A DNA stretch of 63,053 nt, the filler included, from Pelomyxa schiedti (Eukaryota; Protista; Evosea): the NCBI GenBank assembly GCA_020536535.1. It is 16 parts of 16 records of this genome, joined end to end, with 100 filler letters (N's around TTAATTAATTAA, not from the genome) between each part and the next. Parts side by side here need not be neighbours in the genome. Positions count along the whole stretch, not along the records: positions 10,447 to 15,440 come from JAHLWZ010001537.1; positions 15,541 to 17,160 come from JAHLWZ010002382.1; positions 17,261 to 36,275 come from JAHLWZ010000409.1; 13 more parts are not named here. One strand, 5' to 3'. A model generated the notes under the pieces. It was not told the DNA's origin. It made no database searches and saw nothing but the letters and a program-made list of their open reading frames with translations. The position numbers were made by a program, and so were the translations under genes. The first letter of the stretch is position 1. Each line of letters opens with the position of its first letter. Of the stretch, positions 13,057-26,352 are shown one piece after another.

Positions 13057-15758
13057 GTTTAAAAGTGGTGAGTTGCAGTGTGGCCCCACCACACTTCCCT
13101 TGTTATTTTTTCCACAGTCAATGTTCAGTGGCATTTCTCAAGCTGTAGCCAACAACACCGACCAACCACACCCACCGACGCCATTAACCGTCGTCAAACC
13201 ACACGCTCCCGCACTCCAAGGCTGAGCAAAAACAAAATGAAAATGAAAATTTTCTGAGGTGTGAGTATACTGACAGGGAGTGACGGATGTGTTCGTACTG
13301 AAGCAAGATAAAGAGGAAACAAAGTGTTTATTTATTTTAGTTGATCTGGTGGAGGTGTGGTGAAAGTGTGCGTTGCTTATAAGCCCAGGTTCTTCCAACG
13401 AATTCCAGGTATTCAGTGGACCCACAGCACAGCATCACGTGTCATTGAATTCCCAGAAGTTGTCAGACTTCTGTGGGTCGCTCACGGCCGACACCCTGAT
13501 TCCCTTTTTCGGGAAGTCATCACTTTCACATCATTCCCCCTCAAACAAGCGTGTGTCCCCACACGCGTTACTCCTCGTGACGGACGAGTCCACAATTTGT
13601 TCACGGTGTACGTGCTGCTCCTCCATGTCGGTGTTGTAACATTTGAAGCGATAAGGTTGGTGGTCTTGGCGGCGTGTTTGTGCGTCTTGCCCCCGTGCGT
13701 CATCACCGCTTGATGTCTTCTGCGAAGTGGCGACTCATTGTGAGACATCGCGTCGAGTTCCGCTGCGTTGCGTACTCTCTGCTCCGTGCCTTGGTACGCT
13801 GTCTGTTGTTGTTTCCTCTCTTGTTGTGCGTTTTACATTGCGTAGTACTTGTTGGTTCACATTGCTCTTGTTATTCCTTTGGTGGTTCTCACTCTCTATC
13901 TCCGTGTATCATTTGAGTTGTTTCTGAAGTGCTGTTGTTCCTTTGCCCATGCCTCTGCTTCCTGGTGTGACCTTTTTCTCCACAGGAATAATATCCTGTC
14001 TTCATTTATGGCATCAGCGCCACCAGCTGTCAGGTAATGGTGTACTTTGTTTACCATGCTCATTATGCTCACTGCACTTACAGTAATTCGGCCTCCTTGA
14101 CACTCTAATGGGCTGGCACCTCCCCCTCTTTGTATTGCCTGTCCCCAGGCAATTGTAGCTCGCTTTGGTACAATAATGTGAGACTGGGGGACTTTTCTGA
14201 GTATGAAATAATCTTCTCTTGCAGTCTCTTCATTCCCACAATAATGACACTGCAGGATGTATGCTGCTAGTTCTGAGAGTAATCTTCCCTGCAAGCTTGC
14301 TGGTTCTCATTTTCCATGAAAATACCCAACAGTTGCCAGGTCTCTACCTCTGAAGGAAATCACCTCTGCAACTGAATACTTACTGAGTGTTAGTATGCAT
14401 AGTCTCCTCGAAGCAAAGTTCCTTTCTACACCCCAAAACGCAAAAGTGATCTACTGATTAGCTCTTAGGCCTGCTGTCACACTGTTGGGATCTATCCTGA
14501 AACAAAAAGTTTCAATGTTGTGTATCCTGCACTCCAGACTTGTCTAAACTCCTACTCGATGTTGTATGTTGGACTCATAAGTTCCACACTAATCCCATTT
14601 CGAAATCTATGGTGACAGTGCCGAAAATGTCTGCTTCACTGCCGAAAATATCCACTGACAATATGCCAGCTGAGAATGCAATTCCACAGCAAAATATGCT
14701 TGGCTGTGCTGATTTCTTCTCTTAAGAGATGTCTGAGGTTTACTAATGAACCTGCACTCGTTTTTACCTTGTTTTGAGTACAATTAATTGGTTGGAATCC
14801 TCTTCATGCATCTCAGCACTTAATCACCAACAGGCTCGAGTTTCTTCTACTACTACGCTCCTGAATCTGAGGGATTTGACACATCATGGGACTGTTCCAT
14901 GGCCACCTGAAGTTCCCAAGAAGTCGAGGAGCGCAGAGGAACACCGTGGTACCCAGGAGAACATGCCTCATGTCCACTGGTGCTCTGTGCAGGCTCAAGT
15001 ATGTATATTTCTACGCTACTATAATCTTACCACTCCTAATAGGCCTTGCATCACCACATGAATTCCCTCTTGGGAGCCACACATGACCAGAAATTGTCAT
15101 ACAGAACAGAACAACCGCAGCATGTCCAGGGACCCCCCATCCTGATCTTGTACCTTGATCACCCATGTGTCCTCAGGTTTGCATCCTTACTAAACTGTTG
15201 CCCAATATCTATCAGCAGAAAACAGATGTGCCTTGCCTTTGACTTCTAGCTGCAGGTCTGATTTGAAATCGCTGGGATTCTGGCAACTTCCTTGTCCCAC
15301 AAACTTCTTTGAATACTGGCCTTGATATTTTGCTCTCTGGCCTTGCATTTGGTCATGCTTACAGTGCCTTGTGAGTTGATTGTATTTGTGCAACTCTCAT
15401 GGGTATGCCTCATTGCCAGTGTTTGTCAACTCATTCTTTCNNNNNNNNNNNNNNNNNNNNNNNNNNNNNNNNNNNNNNNNNNNNTTAATTAATTAANNNN
15501 NNNNNNNNNNNNNNNNNNNNNNNNNNNNNNNNNNNNNNNNACCGTCACCACCACAGAACCACCACACGAACACCACCAAACAGCACCAGTGACGGTGGGG
15601 GTAGTGGCCCAGAAGTAGCAGTGGTAGTACCAATGTGGGCAAGGCAGCTAATGACTGCGTGCTTGTCCCTTGATCCCAAAACCAGGCCCACATTCAACTC
15701 CCTCTTGAGAATATTTGCCTACTTTGATTGACCTGCCTCAACCACACACACACACACA

Positions 15759-16691
15759 TTGAGTGGCACTCACAACCACCACCACCACCAGCAAGTGGGC
15801 TCTCTCTTGTTAATTTGGCCTTCTGATTTTTTTGGGATACGAAAACAGTTCTCACGTCGGGAGAGTCTCAGAAGGGCGGAACCATCGAAAATCAATCAAC
15901 GTCACAAAGGGGGCCTACTACTACGTAGCCCCCTCAACAACAACAACAACCCCCATGTACTAGTACTAGTAGTAGTAGTAGTTACCGTGGTGTTGGTGGT
16001 AGTGGCGTTGCATACCGTAATCAACAGCAACAGCGGCAACAACATCATCGGGACAACAACGACAACAACAGCAACAGCAATGACGACTACTACTACTCGT
16101 ACAACTACCCCCCTCCTACTACTAGTGGTACTAGTAGTACTGCTAGTAGCCGACACCACCCCCACCACCACGACTACTACGACGAGGACGAGGCTGAGAG
16201 TAGCACTGGTGGCGGCGGTGGCGGTAGCGTACTTGTGGTCTACGAGGACCCTTCTTCTTCTTCGTCACACACGACCACCTCGTGGTGGCGGTGGTGGTGG
16301 TACTGCCTCATCGCGCACACCCTCCTCATCCTCATCGTCACAGTTCGACACGTTCACGTCTCAGAGACACACCACCACGACCATGCCCCCGCCAAAAGAC
16401 TATGGCTACGACTACGAGGGCACCAGGGGGCCTAGGCCTACTACTCCTAGTAGCAGCAGTTACAACACTTACAGTTCTTATGACGATGCTGCTGCTGCTG
16501 GTAGAAATACCCCACCCTCTCGTTGTGATTACCCCAGTGGCCATGACCGCTTGTTGTATGACAACTCTCCACGTATGCCTACTACTACTAGCAGCAGCAA
16601 CACTAACCCCTTCCCTTACCATCGCCCAACAATGTCAACGTTCTCAACCTTGACCCTTCCCCTGAAAGCAGGAGAGACAATGTTTTTTTAA
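15759..16691 (+). other. low-complexity trinucleotide-rich region (ACT/CAA/GGT runs) with a long ORF of uncertain reality
   Basis: The 310-aa ORF is made of T/V/L/S homopolymers. No domain recognised. Confidence 0.3.
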
Positions 16692-16873
16692 ACAAATTTG
16701 TAATTAAAATTAATAATTAATTAACTCCGCGTCTCGTGGGTCAATGCCGCCATTGGCGTCGCGTGTAAGGGAAGGTACTTCTTCGTACTTTTCAATCTCT
16801 CTCTTCCTGTTTTGTCTCTTCCTTCCCTGCTTTTCTTCCCACCTTTGGTGTCCAGGGTGCCCTTGGGTTCCAG

Positions 16874-17160
16874 TTATGGATCAAATGTATCTCCTGCTGC
16901 AATTTCCGGTGCTGCCTCTGGCGTTCTTGGGTAATACTCCTTGAGTCTGCTCACGTGGATCAGCTGGGCAAGGGGAAATCCTCTGTAATTCTCCAGTTGG
17001 TACAGATTAGCATTGACTTTGTCCATGATGACAAAAGGCCCTTGCCAACGAGCTGCAAACTTCCTGCCCTCCTTGTCTTCATTCCGTGTGATCTGGTTCA
17101 CATACATCCAGACTTGCTGTCCCACATGAAAGCTTGGAGGATTCTTCATTCGACCTCTCT
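16874..17160 (-). mobile_element. Gypsy/Ginger-type integrase C-terminal (GPY/F) fragment
   Basis: FHVGQQVWMY...KFAARWQGPFVIMDKVNANLYQL...IHVSRLKEY matches the GPY/F module. Truncated at the contig edge. Confidence 0.8.
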
Positions 17161-17260
17161 NNNNNNNNNNNNNNNNNNNNNNNNNNNNNNNNNNNNNNNN
17201 NNNNTTAATTAATTAANNNNNNNNNNNNNNNNNNNNNNNNNNNNNNNNNNNNNNNNNNNN

Positions 17261-18032
17261 GCAAGGTGCTGGTTGGGGATTCGGTGTGTTGTGTAAAAGT
17301 ACAACCACAACACAGTGAGGGTTAACCAAAACACATTTCTGAAGAATTCCTCCATCAAGTACGAGAATGTCAGCTACGTTGGGGGCGACGTCGGCATCCC
17401 AGTGTGTCACGATAATAGACAGACACCTTGCCGACTCGTCGGCAGCACCGAACGCGGCCGCGTGGGTCACAAACCTCGCGTGCCATAATGCTGGTGTGTG
17501 TTGGGCGCATTGCATACAAAGCGGATCCCACTAAAATGTAACAATAAGGTAGGATCCGGGAGTTGTGTGGGGGGAAGGAACCAAAGGACACGCCTCGCGA
17601 GGAATTGCTGTTAGTTCTTGACCAATTGGTTGCCCAAATAGAAGCCCCAAACGTGAGTGCATCACGACGAAGACCGTGCCAAAAATTGTATTACCACTTG
17701 CTGCTTGGAATTGACGAAACGCAGGTGTTCGACTATGTGCGTTTAATGGAAGCAATCACTGCCCGCATTGTCGACATACTCCTTCAAATGTGCCGCGACT
17801 TTATCCCTCAGGAAGATCATGCACTTTTCAAACAGATTCATCCTGTTCCTGTCATTCCATTTAACGAACCCTGGAGTGCTCAGATTGGTGAGTGCCCCGG
17901 ATTGAATTTCCTTTTTTTTTGCCTTGTTTACTAACAAATCAGTGCAGATATTGCCTTTGAGGGTGGTGGTGAAGGTGGAAACTGTGTGGCCTTTCCGAAC
18001 CCTAATAATTTCGGAGAGACACAGATAAGGGC
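17261..18032 (+). repeat. second copy (probably alternate haplotype) of 33505-34291
   Basis: Near-identical sequence with a 15-nt deletion at a CGTTG microhomology and scattered substitutions. Bounded by gaps. Confidence 0.85.
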
Positions 18033-18638
18033 NNNNNNNNNNNNNNNNNNNNNNNNNNNNNNNNNNNNNNNNNNNNNNNNNNNNNNNNNNNNNNNNNNNN
18101 NNNNNNNNNNNNNNNNNNNNNNNNNNNNNNNNTAAGTCGGTAAAGAACTCGCGCTTAAGGGCTAATCCTATTCACAGAGTAACAACACTCTTATTGGATC
18201 TTCTGGTCTGCTCAATTTCTCTTTCCCTGGGTTACTCAGTTAACCACCAATACAACACATATCCCACAAACAGGGTAAAAAGAGCGTCCCTGCGAACAAA
18301 ACCTACAACAATATTTATTTTCGAACTACCCATAAGTACTACCGGGGATTTTTTTTTAGTTAAAATGAGCGGAAAAAGCCCTTCAAATTTGCCCCCACCA
18401 TCGGATGGGACTGATTGCTCATAACTTGGTGTAACTCGTATGATACTCCCTAAAGGGAGACACTGATACCCCAAGTTGCGGAAAAGCCTCAAGTTTCTTC
18501 AACTGTCAGTTATTGGGTCCGACACCCTCTGGGGGCTGCTGTTTTTTTTTTCCTCCTTCTTTGCTAACCTTCTGGTGTTTGGAAAAAAACTCGATTGATT
18601 CGCAGTTGCACGCGTTTATTAGACCTCGCCAGCAAGCG

Positions 18639-21600
18639 ATGCAGAAGACTAGCCGAGGAGCAACAGGGAGACGAGGGGGAGCCTCGTGGTGGAACACCAA
18701 CACGTCGCGCTCAGTCCTCGACACCACCGCGAACTACAAGCCCACCAACACGTCGCCGTCGTCTCCATCCACATCCGCATCCACCACGACCACGGCCACA
18801 CCCAGCACCAGCACCACCACCCCGTCCACGCCGGGCGCAGAGGGCGGGCGACGAGGAGGAGGAGGCGCCAGGGGACGCGGGGGCGGGCGAGGGCGAGGTC
18901 GGGGCCGAGGGGGCCAGCGATACGCAGGGGCCACCGGCGCAAATTGGTGGGAGAAGCCCCCCGCTAACGTGTGTACAGTTGCCTCCCTCCCCCATCCACC
19001 ACGCCACCTCATCGTACGCACCCCAGCCTCTCACTTTGGGCTTATGGGTTGTTTGTTGGTATCCTCATGTTCGTGGGGGTGTGTGTTTAGGATTCTAGAT
19101 TTGCTATTGAAAGTAGAGATGGTAGATTTAAGGCACCTCCGTCCACACTGGGCAAGATTGCAATTGACCCCAGGTTCCAGTCTGCTCTCAGTCTCGATAC
19201 TAGTACTCCACGCGAGTTTGGTTGATTTCCTCTTTTTTCCCCCCCTATTCAGTGAGGGCTGACAGATTAATTCACGCAATAGAGCCCTCTATTGACGAAT
19301 TTGGTCGTCCTATTGCTATTGCTGAAGCACTGGAGGTAAAACCATACCAAAAGGCCATGAAAGACTATTATTATGTTGAAGGCGGAGGCAATTCCAAGCC
19401 AACAAAAAAGGATGCCACAGCTGAGGAGCATGAGAAAGAGGAGGAGAGTGAGGGAGAAGACAAAGAAGCTAGAAACAATGAGAGCGGCGAGCAAGAAAAA
19501 GAATCAGAATCGGAATCGGAAGAGGAAGAGGAAGAGGAGAAAGAAAGTGAGAAAACAGCTGCAGCTGAGGGAGAGGCAGGTAGCAAAGTATCTGAACCTG
19601 AAAGTGAAGAAGAGGCCGAAGAAACTGAATCACTGGAAGAAAAGGTATCAGACAGCGAACCTGAAGAAGCCATTCCAACTTCCAGACTTGCTGTGGTGAA
19701 CCTTGACTTCACTTCAGTTTCGGTGTGTTCCATGTTTTTCCTTTTTCCTTTAGTTACGTTGTCAAATCCAGGCAACAGATTTGTTTGTTGTGCTGAGTTC
19801 TTTTATCCCCTCTGAAGTTGGAACAATCCTCAAAGTTACTGTCTATCCCTCTAACTATGGGCTCAAAATGATGGAAGAGGTATAAACAAATGGAGAGTTT
19901 CACTTTTTAAATTTTCTAGGAACGAGTGCATGGCCCTCCACAGAGCCTGTTTGAGGCCAACCCTGAGCGTGATGAAAGCGATGAAGATGAAGAAAGTGAT
20001 TCAAGTGATGATGATGCAGAGAGTAAAACTTCAAACAATGCCAATGACAGTGATGCCTCTGACGTACCTAATGTGTCCGATCTCGAAGAAGTAGAAGAGG
20101 ATTCGGATGATGGTTGATCAATACCCCAAATAAATGGAACTCACAAGTGGACCAGAACCCAAAGATCCGGATGTTGATGAAAGAATAGATTACAATCTCG
20201 ACTGGCAATCGAGAAAAGGTTTGGGGAAAGCCAAAAGCGCAAATAGTGGTGTAAATATGAACTACCTGAGGGCCTATGAGGAGGCAAGGCTGAGGTTGTT
20301 TTTTTTAAACCAGGTTCATATAATCAATTCTCATAGATATTACTACGCTGTGGTGGAGTGCAGTAATGTCGAAACTGCTAAAGCTCTTTTCGGAAGTGAA
20401 GCTAACGGGATGCAATTAGAATGGCTTCCTGCTGGTCTAGTTGAGTTGCAGTACATACCTGAAGATCAAACATTCACCAACCAACCTAGGGATGAAGCTT
20501 CTTCCATTCCACCTAACTACCAACGCCCTCACTTCAAAGTACCTATCCCAACCACGTCTTTCATTTGCTAATGATGCCATTGATAGCAATACACCACTCT
20601 CTCTTGGGATGAAGACATGGAAAGAAGGAAGATCCTCAAATCGAATTGGATGACAATTCTCAGGAACCAGTAAGCCTCTCATACTTCCCTTTGAAGAAAA
20701 CTCAATCTATGTAATTAGTGACTTCGATCGCAAGGCACTTGAAGCCCAGCAATTTTTGGCATCTGACTCAAGTTCCGACGAAGGTGAGGAGGCCACTCCT
20801 GAGAGCAAGTACCAATGGATCCCTTAACTTACTGAAAATTCATTATGAATTCAGGGAGAAAAAACAAAAAGAGAAGATTAACAAGCTCCGAAGTGCATAC
20901 AAAGAGCTGGTGGGCAAATATGATGATGCACCAGTCCTGACAAAAGTTCCCACAGGCTCTGCCACAGATTCCAAGGATTCTTCAGCCGAATCTTCCGACC
21001 TGGTTGAGGAGGAGTCGGGCAATAAGGAAGCAACTTTCAAGCTTGGTCTGGAAGAGGTTGGACAGAGGCTTGTAGACAAGAGGAAAACCCAGGTTCGTTT
21101 TAATCTCATGTTCATGTATCTAATATTTCTTTCAGTCACAAAAGCTGACTGTATGGGAGACATATCTACAAAAACGTGCTGAGAGAAGGAAGAAAATGGC
21201 AGAGCTCAAAGATCACCGGAAGAAAGAAGGAGCATGTACAGTCTCACAGCCGAATTGCTTTGTTGTTCTGATCTATATTAGCTCTGCACGAGAACCTTGC
21301 TGATGAAAATCAAAGAAGCCGAGCTCAACTAGAACTTCTGTTAATGCCGGAGTCAACACAAGATGATGAAGGCAAGGACGAAGTTAAGGACAAGGAACGC
21401 GGGAAAAAACCCGGCAGTTTGGGAGAGGAAGTGTCATCATCCTCTGATGAGGACAGCAGTGCCATGAGAGCAATGGGTGTATCAAAAAGAAAAAAAGCTT
21501 TCGAGTTAGATACAGAGGATCCCAGGTTCCGGTCTCTATTTACATCAAAGGACTTTGCCCCAGACCCAACTAATCCACAGTAAGCTAACAGTTCCGCTCC

Positions 21601-22159
21601 TTCTCTTTTCCTCACACCTACAGGTTTGCAAAATCCAAGTCGATAACACAGATTCTGCAAATAAGAGCCAAGAATCTGGTTAATTTTTCACCTTCTTCAC
21701 TCACACTTACCGGCGCACGGACACTGCACCCCAAAATATAAATACCATTACTCTAACACACAAACAACAGTTTTCTGAAGACCACCAGGCCATTAAAAAT
21801 GTGGAATCAAGTGGACCAACTCTTGCTCCTTCACTCTCAGACTTGGCGGCTTCCGTATGTCAAACACAATAAAATGTTAATGATAGACTCGCACCGCAAG
21901 CAACACCACACCACTGATTCACAATCAACACAATTAGGTTAAACGGAAGCAAACAGTACAACAAGTATCACAACCACAGGGAATGCCACAACAACAAACA
22001 CCCAAGACCTTCTCCGCACTTTTATCCTCTATGGAAAAACCAGTGGAGGAACCACAGGTTGACTCATCAAGTACGAGAAAGAGGCCTCCTCCCTCATCAT
22101 CCTCAACAAACCCACACCCACAAAAAGCCATAAGAACAGTCCCCATGAAGAAACCCTAG
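18639..22159 (+). CDS. ESF1: pre-rRNA processing protein ESF1 (NUC153 domain), multi-exon, RGG-rich N-terminal extension
   Basis: IAIDPRF, IDEFGRP, TSRLAVVNLD, VTVYPSNYG..MMEEERVHGP, LRAYEEARLRYYYAVVEC, and NUC153 DTEDPRFRSLFTSKDFAPDPTNPQ. Confidence 0.9.
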
Positions 22160-22472
22160 TGTGCACACTAAAGAAATTTTGTTAAGCTCAAAAATGTTTT
22201 GCTCTCCAATCTTACTGGTAATCGAACGAGGAGACAGACCATGAGGAAAGAACTTACTCCCAGAATCTCCCGTTTCTTCAGCAGAAAAACTTGAGCAATT
22301 TTTCTTCCAGAAGTGCGGAGACCAGAGGAGGAGTCCCACCTGACAGAGAATCTCCCACCCTTACCTTGTCTGTCTCCAAACGATTATTCTTCTCAACAGA
22401 GGGAACCCCCTCCGGAGGAATTGTGGGTTTGTTGCACTCACGCACAGATCAAAAAGTTAGAACGAGGGGGTG

Positions 22473-24238
22473 ATGATTCGCGTATATCACGAGAAGCAGG
22501 TTGGCGACCAACCCTTGACTTGTGGGATGTGGGGTTTAATCCATTTTGTTGCGGCATTTAGGCGTCGTCGTTGTGCGGGGTCCATTGTTTGAATTGCCTG
22601 ATGCAGGCGCCATTGTTCACCGAAGTGGACCTCAGTAGAATTGCAAACGAACTGGACACAAAAGAAAAGGTATTGCCGCCAACCATTAAATTTAACCAAG
22701 CTCGTTTGGTTTTTTCAAAATTACTCCAAGAATATTGTAATTGCGTGGTTAATAGAGTGGTAATTCACTTACACTATTGGTAGGAGCTTATGATGGCACA
22801 AGGTGCTTTGTTCTATCAGTTGTTTCTCGTATAACAATTGACAGGAACCGAATCCAATGATTTTCTAAAGTACATGGCTGTATGTACTTTCTAATAGTCT
22901 TAACTCGTATTTAACGATACCTTGTGGTCTATTATTTATTATCTACCTATAAAAAAAAAAAAAAGGAAGACTCCTTCAATGTATCAGATGATGGAAATTT
23001 TTCCTTGTCTGTATTGACCACAGCTCTTGCACAATTTAATTTGACTTGTACAACATTGAAATGTATGCCGGAGGCCCGAGCAAATCCAGAGTGAGAATTT
23101 TTCCACTCTCTCCCTGGCTTATAAGTCGCAGCGCCCAATCAGCATTTTTATGTAATCTGTCACATCACTGGTTTGCGATTCGGAAAATTGAAGGTATAAA
23201 GTCATTTTTGAAAATTACACACTTATCCAGCTTCAGGTTATTGGTTTAATTTGAACAGCATATCAAAGGCTCCCATGTACCTGTCAGACTTTTATTTGAG
23301 GTCTCATGGTTTTCGTTCGAAATCCCTCCTGAACTTTGTTAGTGTCTATCTCGGCGAACTGGAGAGGCAAGGCTACCAAGTGTTTGTTGTGATTGGCGAA
23401 TTGCCTCGCTCAGATTCCCTCCGAATGTCTGCCGGTGGTACGCAACACCCTACTCTTCCGCTTTTCCTTTTGTTCTCTCATTCAATTTATTCACCACAAC
23501 ACAAGGCGATGGAACGTGGCACAACATCCAGCTTGGATACGACGGGAAGCCAATCCCGCCGCAACCACAGCGGCAACCACAGCGGCAACCACAACGGCAA
23601 CCACAACGCACCACCCCCAACACCCACTACTACCACAACAACAACAATAGTAATAACAGCAGACCCGGACGCCGCAAAGTAGCCTTTGACAACNNNNNNN
23701 NNNNNNNNNNNNNNNNNNNNNNNNNNNNNNNNNNNNNNNNNNNNNNNNNNNNNNNNNNNNNNNNNNNNNNNNNNNNNNNNNNNNNNNNNNNNNGCAACCA
23801 CAGCGGCAACCACAACGGCAACCACAACGCACCACCCCCAACACCCACTACTACCACAACAACAACAATAGTAATAACAGCAGACCCGGACGCCGCAAAG
23901 TAGCCTTTGACAACGACCTTGCCACGGCCATGGCCCTCAGCCTCAGCGAGCACCACGAAGATGCAGAAATTCCACCGGAACTCGTCCAGTACTATGACTC
24001 AGAAATCCCCACTGCCATAGTCACAACACCCACATCCACACATCCCACCAGTTACACCATCAGCAGTAATACCAACACTCCCTCTGTTGACACACAATCA
24101 CAATCACCAGCACACACAGTTGTACCACCTCCACTACCCACTCCATCCACAGATACCAATGACCAAGGTTCTTTGGAGGATTCAGAGTTCTTGGCTGCTG
24201 TCCAACTCAGTCTTGCCTGCAACACTCAGAAGGACTGA
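22473..24238 (+). CDS. ATXN3: ataxin-3-like deubiquitinase (Josephin domain + 2 UIMs)
   Basis: YHEKQ...LCGVHCLNCLMQ (catalytic Cys), HHWFAIRK (His), WFNLNS (Asn). UIM-like FDNDLATAMALSLSE and EDSEFLAAVQLSL. Spans one scaffold gap with overlapping flanks. Confidence 0.9.
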
Positions 24239-24427
24239 TGTTAATACTCCACCATACGTAGGGACCAGCCTCCAGTTTCCCACACTTAAGTTAGTGGGAA
24301 GGAAATGCTATGAAAATAAAATGTTGCTTTCTATTGTTCTAGTTTAAAGATACAGTAGTCGTAGTGCAGGATGGGATAGTGTGTACATACTGAGGTGTTA
24401 AATCCTGATTGGATTGGGCAATCAGGA

Positions 24428-25854
24428 TTAGGATTTTGCTGGCTTGGGTTTGGAGAATTGCGGGAGCTTGTGGTAGCTGAGGCGTGGTCTGTGGGGTGCT
24501 ATGCGTTGCGGTGATGGTGTGGTTGCTGTTATCAGTGTTTCGCCAATACAACAAGCTGCTGATGTAACGGTTTGGGAGAAGTTGGGTGAGAGGGGTGACA
24601 GGGGTGATGAACTTTCTCGTACCGGACTTCCATCCTTGGGGGAGCGTGAGGGTGGCGAGTTTGAGGGCGAGAGAGGCCGGAAGGGGTTTTTGCCGGAAAC
24701 CCGGAGAGTGGGCGGAGTTGTGATCACTGTGTTGCGCAACTGCCGAACTTGTGGATGGTTAAAATTGTGTTGTTTTTAGCAAGATGAAACTACCTTTCAA
24801 AGGAGCTGCTACAGAATCTTGGTACATGGCAAAGGCCTGTGGAGATACGAACAGGTTGAATCCCAGTAAGCAAAGCAAAGAGATTTCCAAGTTATTCATT
24901 TCCTCTAAGCTAATGCCTCCAACCCGAGCATAGAATTCATTACTGTAGAAAACGTCTTCCCAATGCTTGAGACTAATAACTGTACTGTGAGAGTGTGAGA
25001 AATATTGCCAGGAGAATATTTTGTTGTACCACGTAAGTATTAATCTGTGCATGTTGTATTCATGTAATTCGAATGCAGGGTGGTCCTTAAAGAGATTGTC
25101 GATATACATCAAAGTGAGTACAAGAGTTTCCGCTGTTGCAGCGTATTTGAGAAGCCTGAAAAATATTAACTACTGTCAATGGATGGTAGTAATTGGAGTA
25201 CCTTTCAGTATAAGCTAACAAAGGGACAGAAGAGGGATCTTTTGAAAGAAACAAAGCCAGTAAAGGCTCTGATGGAGGGGCAACATCTACTGGCTCACGG
25301 GTACTTCTTGCAAGTAAGTGAGACAAAAAGCGAGAGGCCAGGTCCGAAAGCGGCGGTCTCCTGGGTGAATTCGCTGTGGAATTTTTGGCAGGTGGAGCCT
25401 GTTCTACTGCGAGCTCTGATTGCGAGGTTGTAAAGCAAGCGGCACTGGCGCGCTGTGGAGTGGGAATGAACGGCCGGCGATAGTGCTGGTGGTGATGGTG
25501 GCTGTGGCGATGAGCGCGTTCTGGCGACGGTGTGACGTTGCTTGTAGTAATCACGCTGGAGCCCGTGATGGAGGGCAACGGCGACGCCAAGTGGTGCGCG
25601 GCGTGGCTCGAGTGGATCCGTTCGCTAGACGATGTCCTCGTGCTGGACACTCCCACGGGAGATGGCTTGCGTGTGTCGCTCGGGCCAACCGCGGGCACTG
25701 GCGACGCGTGTCCTTCGTCGCACTTACGGTGGCTGTCCGAGCGCGAACCGCTGCCACTAGGCGAAGACGACAAACTGCGCCTGTGTTTGCTTGCGTTTGT
25801 AGTTGTGTCAGATCTCTCTGGTTCCGGACACACCACGTCTCTTCCTCCCTCCAT
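24428..25854 (-). CDS. PHO80/cyclin-U family cyclin with S/P-rich termini
   Basis: IYIDNL...NMHRLILT...KHWEDVFYSNEFYARVGGISLEEMNNLEISLLCLLGFNL is the PHO80-type cyclin box. Likely start MEGGRD. Confidence 0.88.
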
Positions 25855-26352
25855 TATCGTGCCGTGTCCCGTGTTTCGCCCTGGTTTTTTTTCCTTTTGT
25901 GTTGTTTTGTGTTTCCACTTCGTTTGGCATTTCTTTCGAGGGAGAGTACTGCAAGGTGCATGTTGCTGTTGTTGAGAAAAACGCGAGGCAATTTCATGTT
26001 CTCCGAAATTTCGGAACATCACCTGGATTTTAGCCTTATGTAGCGCATGATCACCATCAGGTAACAGCAGGAAGAGAAAGCCAGAGGCTTCTTTCCCTCA
26101 CAAGTTCCCAGGCAGTCTTCAGAGAACAGAGGTGTACCTATCTTGAACCCAGGAGTCAGCTGAGAGGCGCGCTCCTTCCTCCAGCGGGAATCTGCCACCT
26201 TCTATATCTCAAACTTGGGAGACTCACATCCTTACACAGTTTTCGCAAAAGATCAAAGCACAACGCTTCGATCTCCAAAAAAAAACACAAGCTCAACGCG
26301 AAAGAAAATTTTTGAGTTGCCTTTAGACAAGAGACTCAACAAAGAAGAAGGG

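Noticed and set aside
13900-15440. Possible reverse-transcriptase remnant
   Set aside because: It is CG-poor and full of stops, but I could not find a YxDD or other diagnostic motif.
23251-23682. ORF-track translation with GNHS/GNHN repeats and poly-Thr in the Josephin gene
   Set aside because: That frame does not reach the UIMs; the spliced frame reads QPQR repeats.
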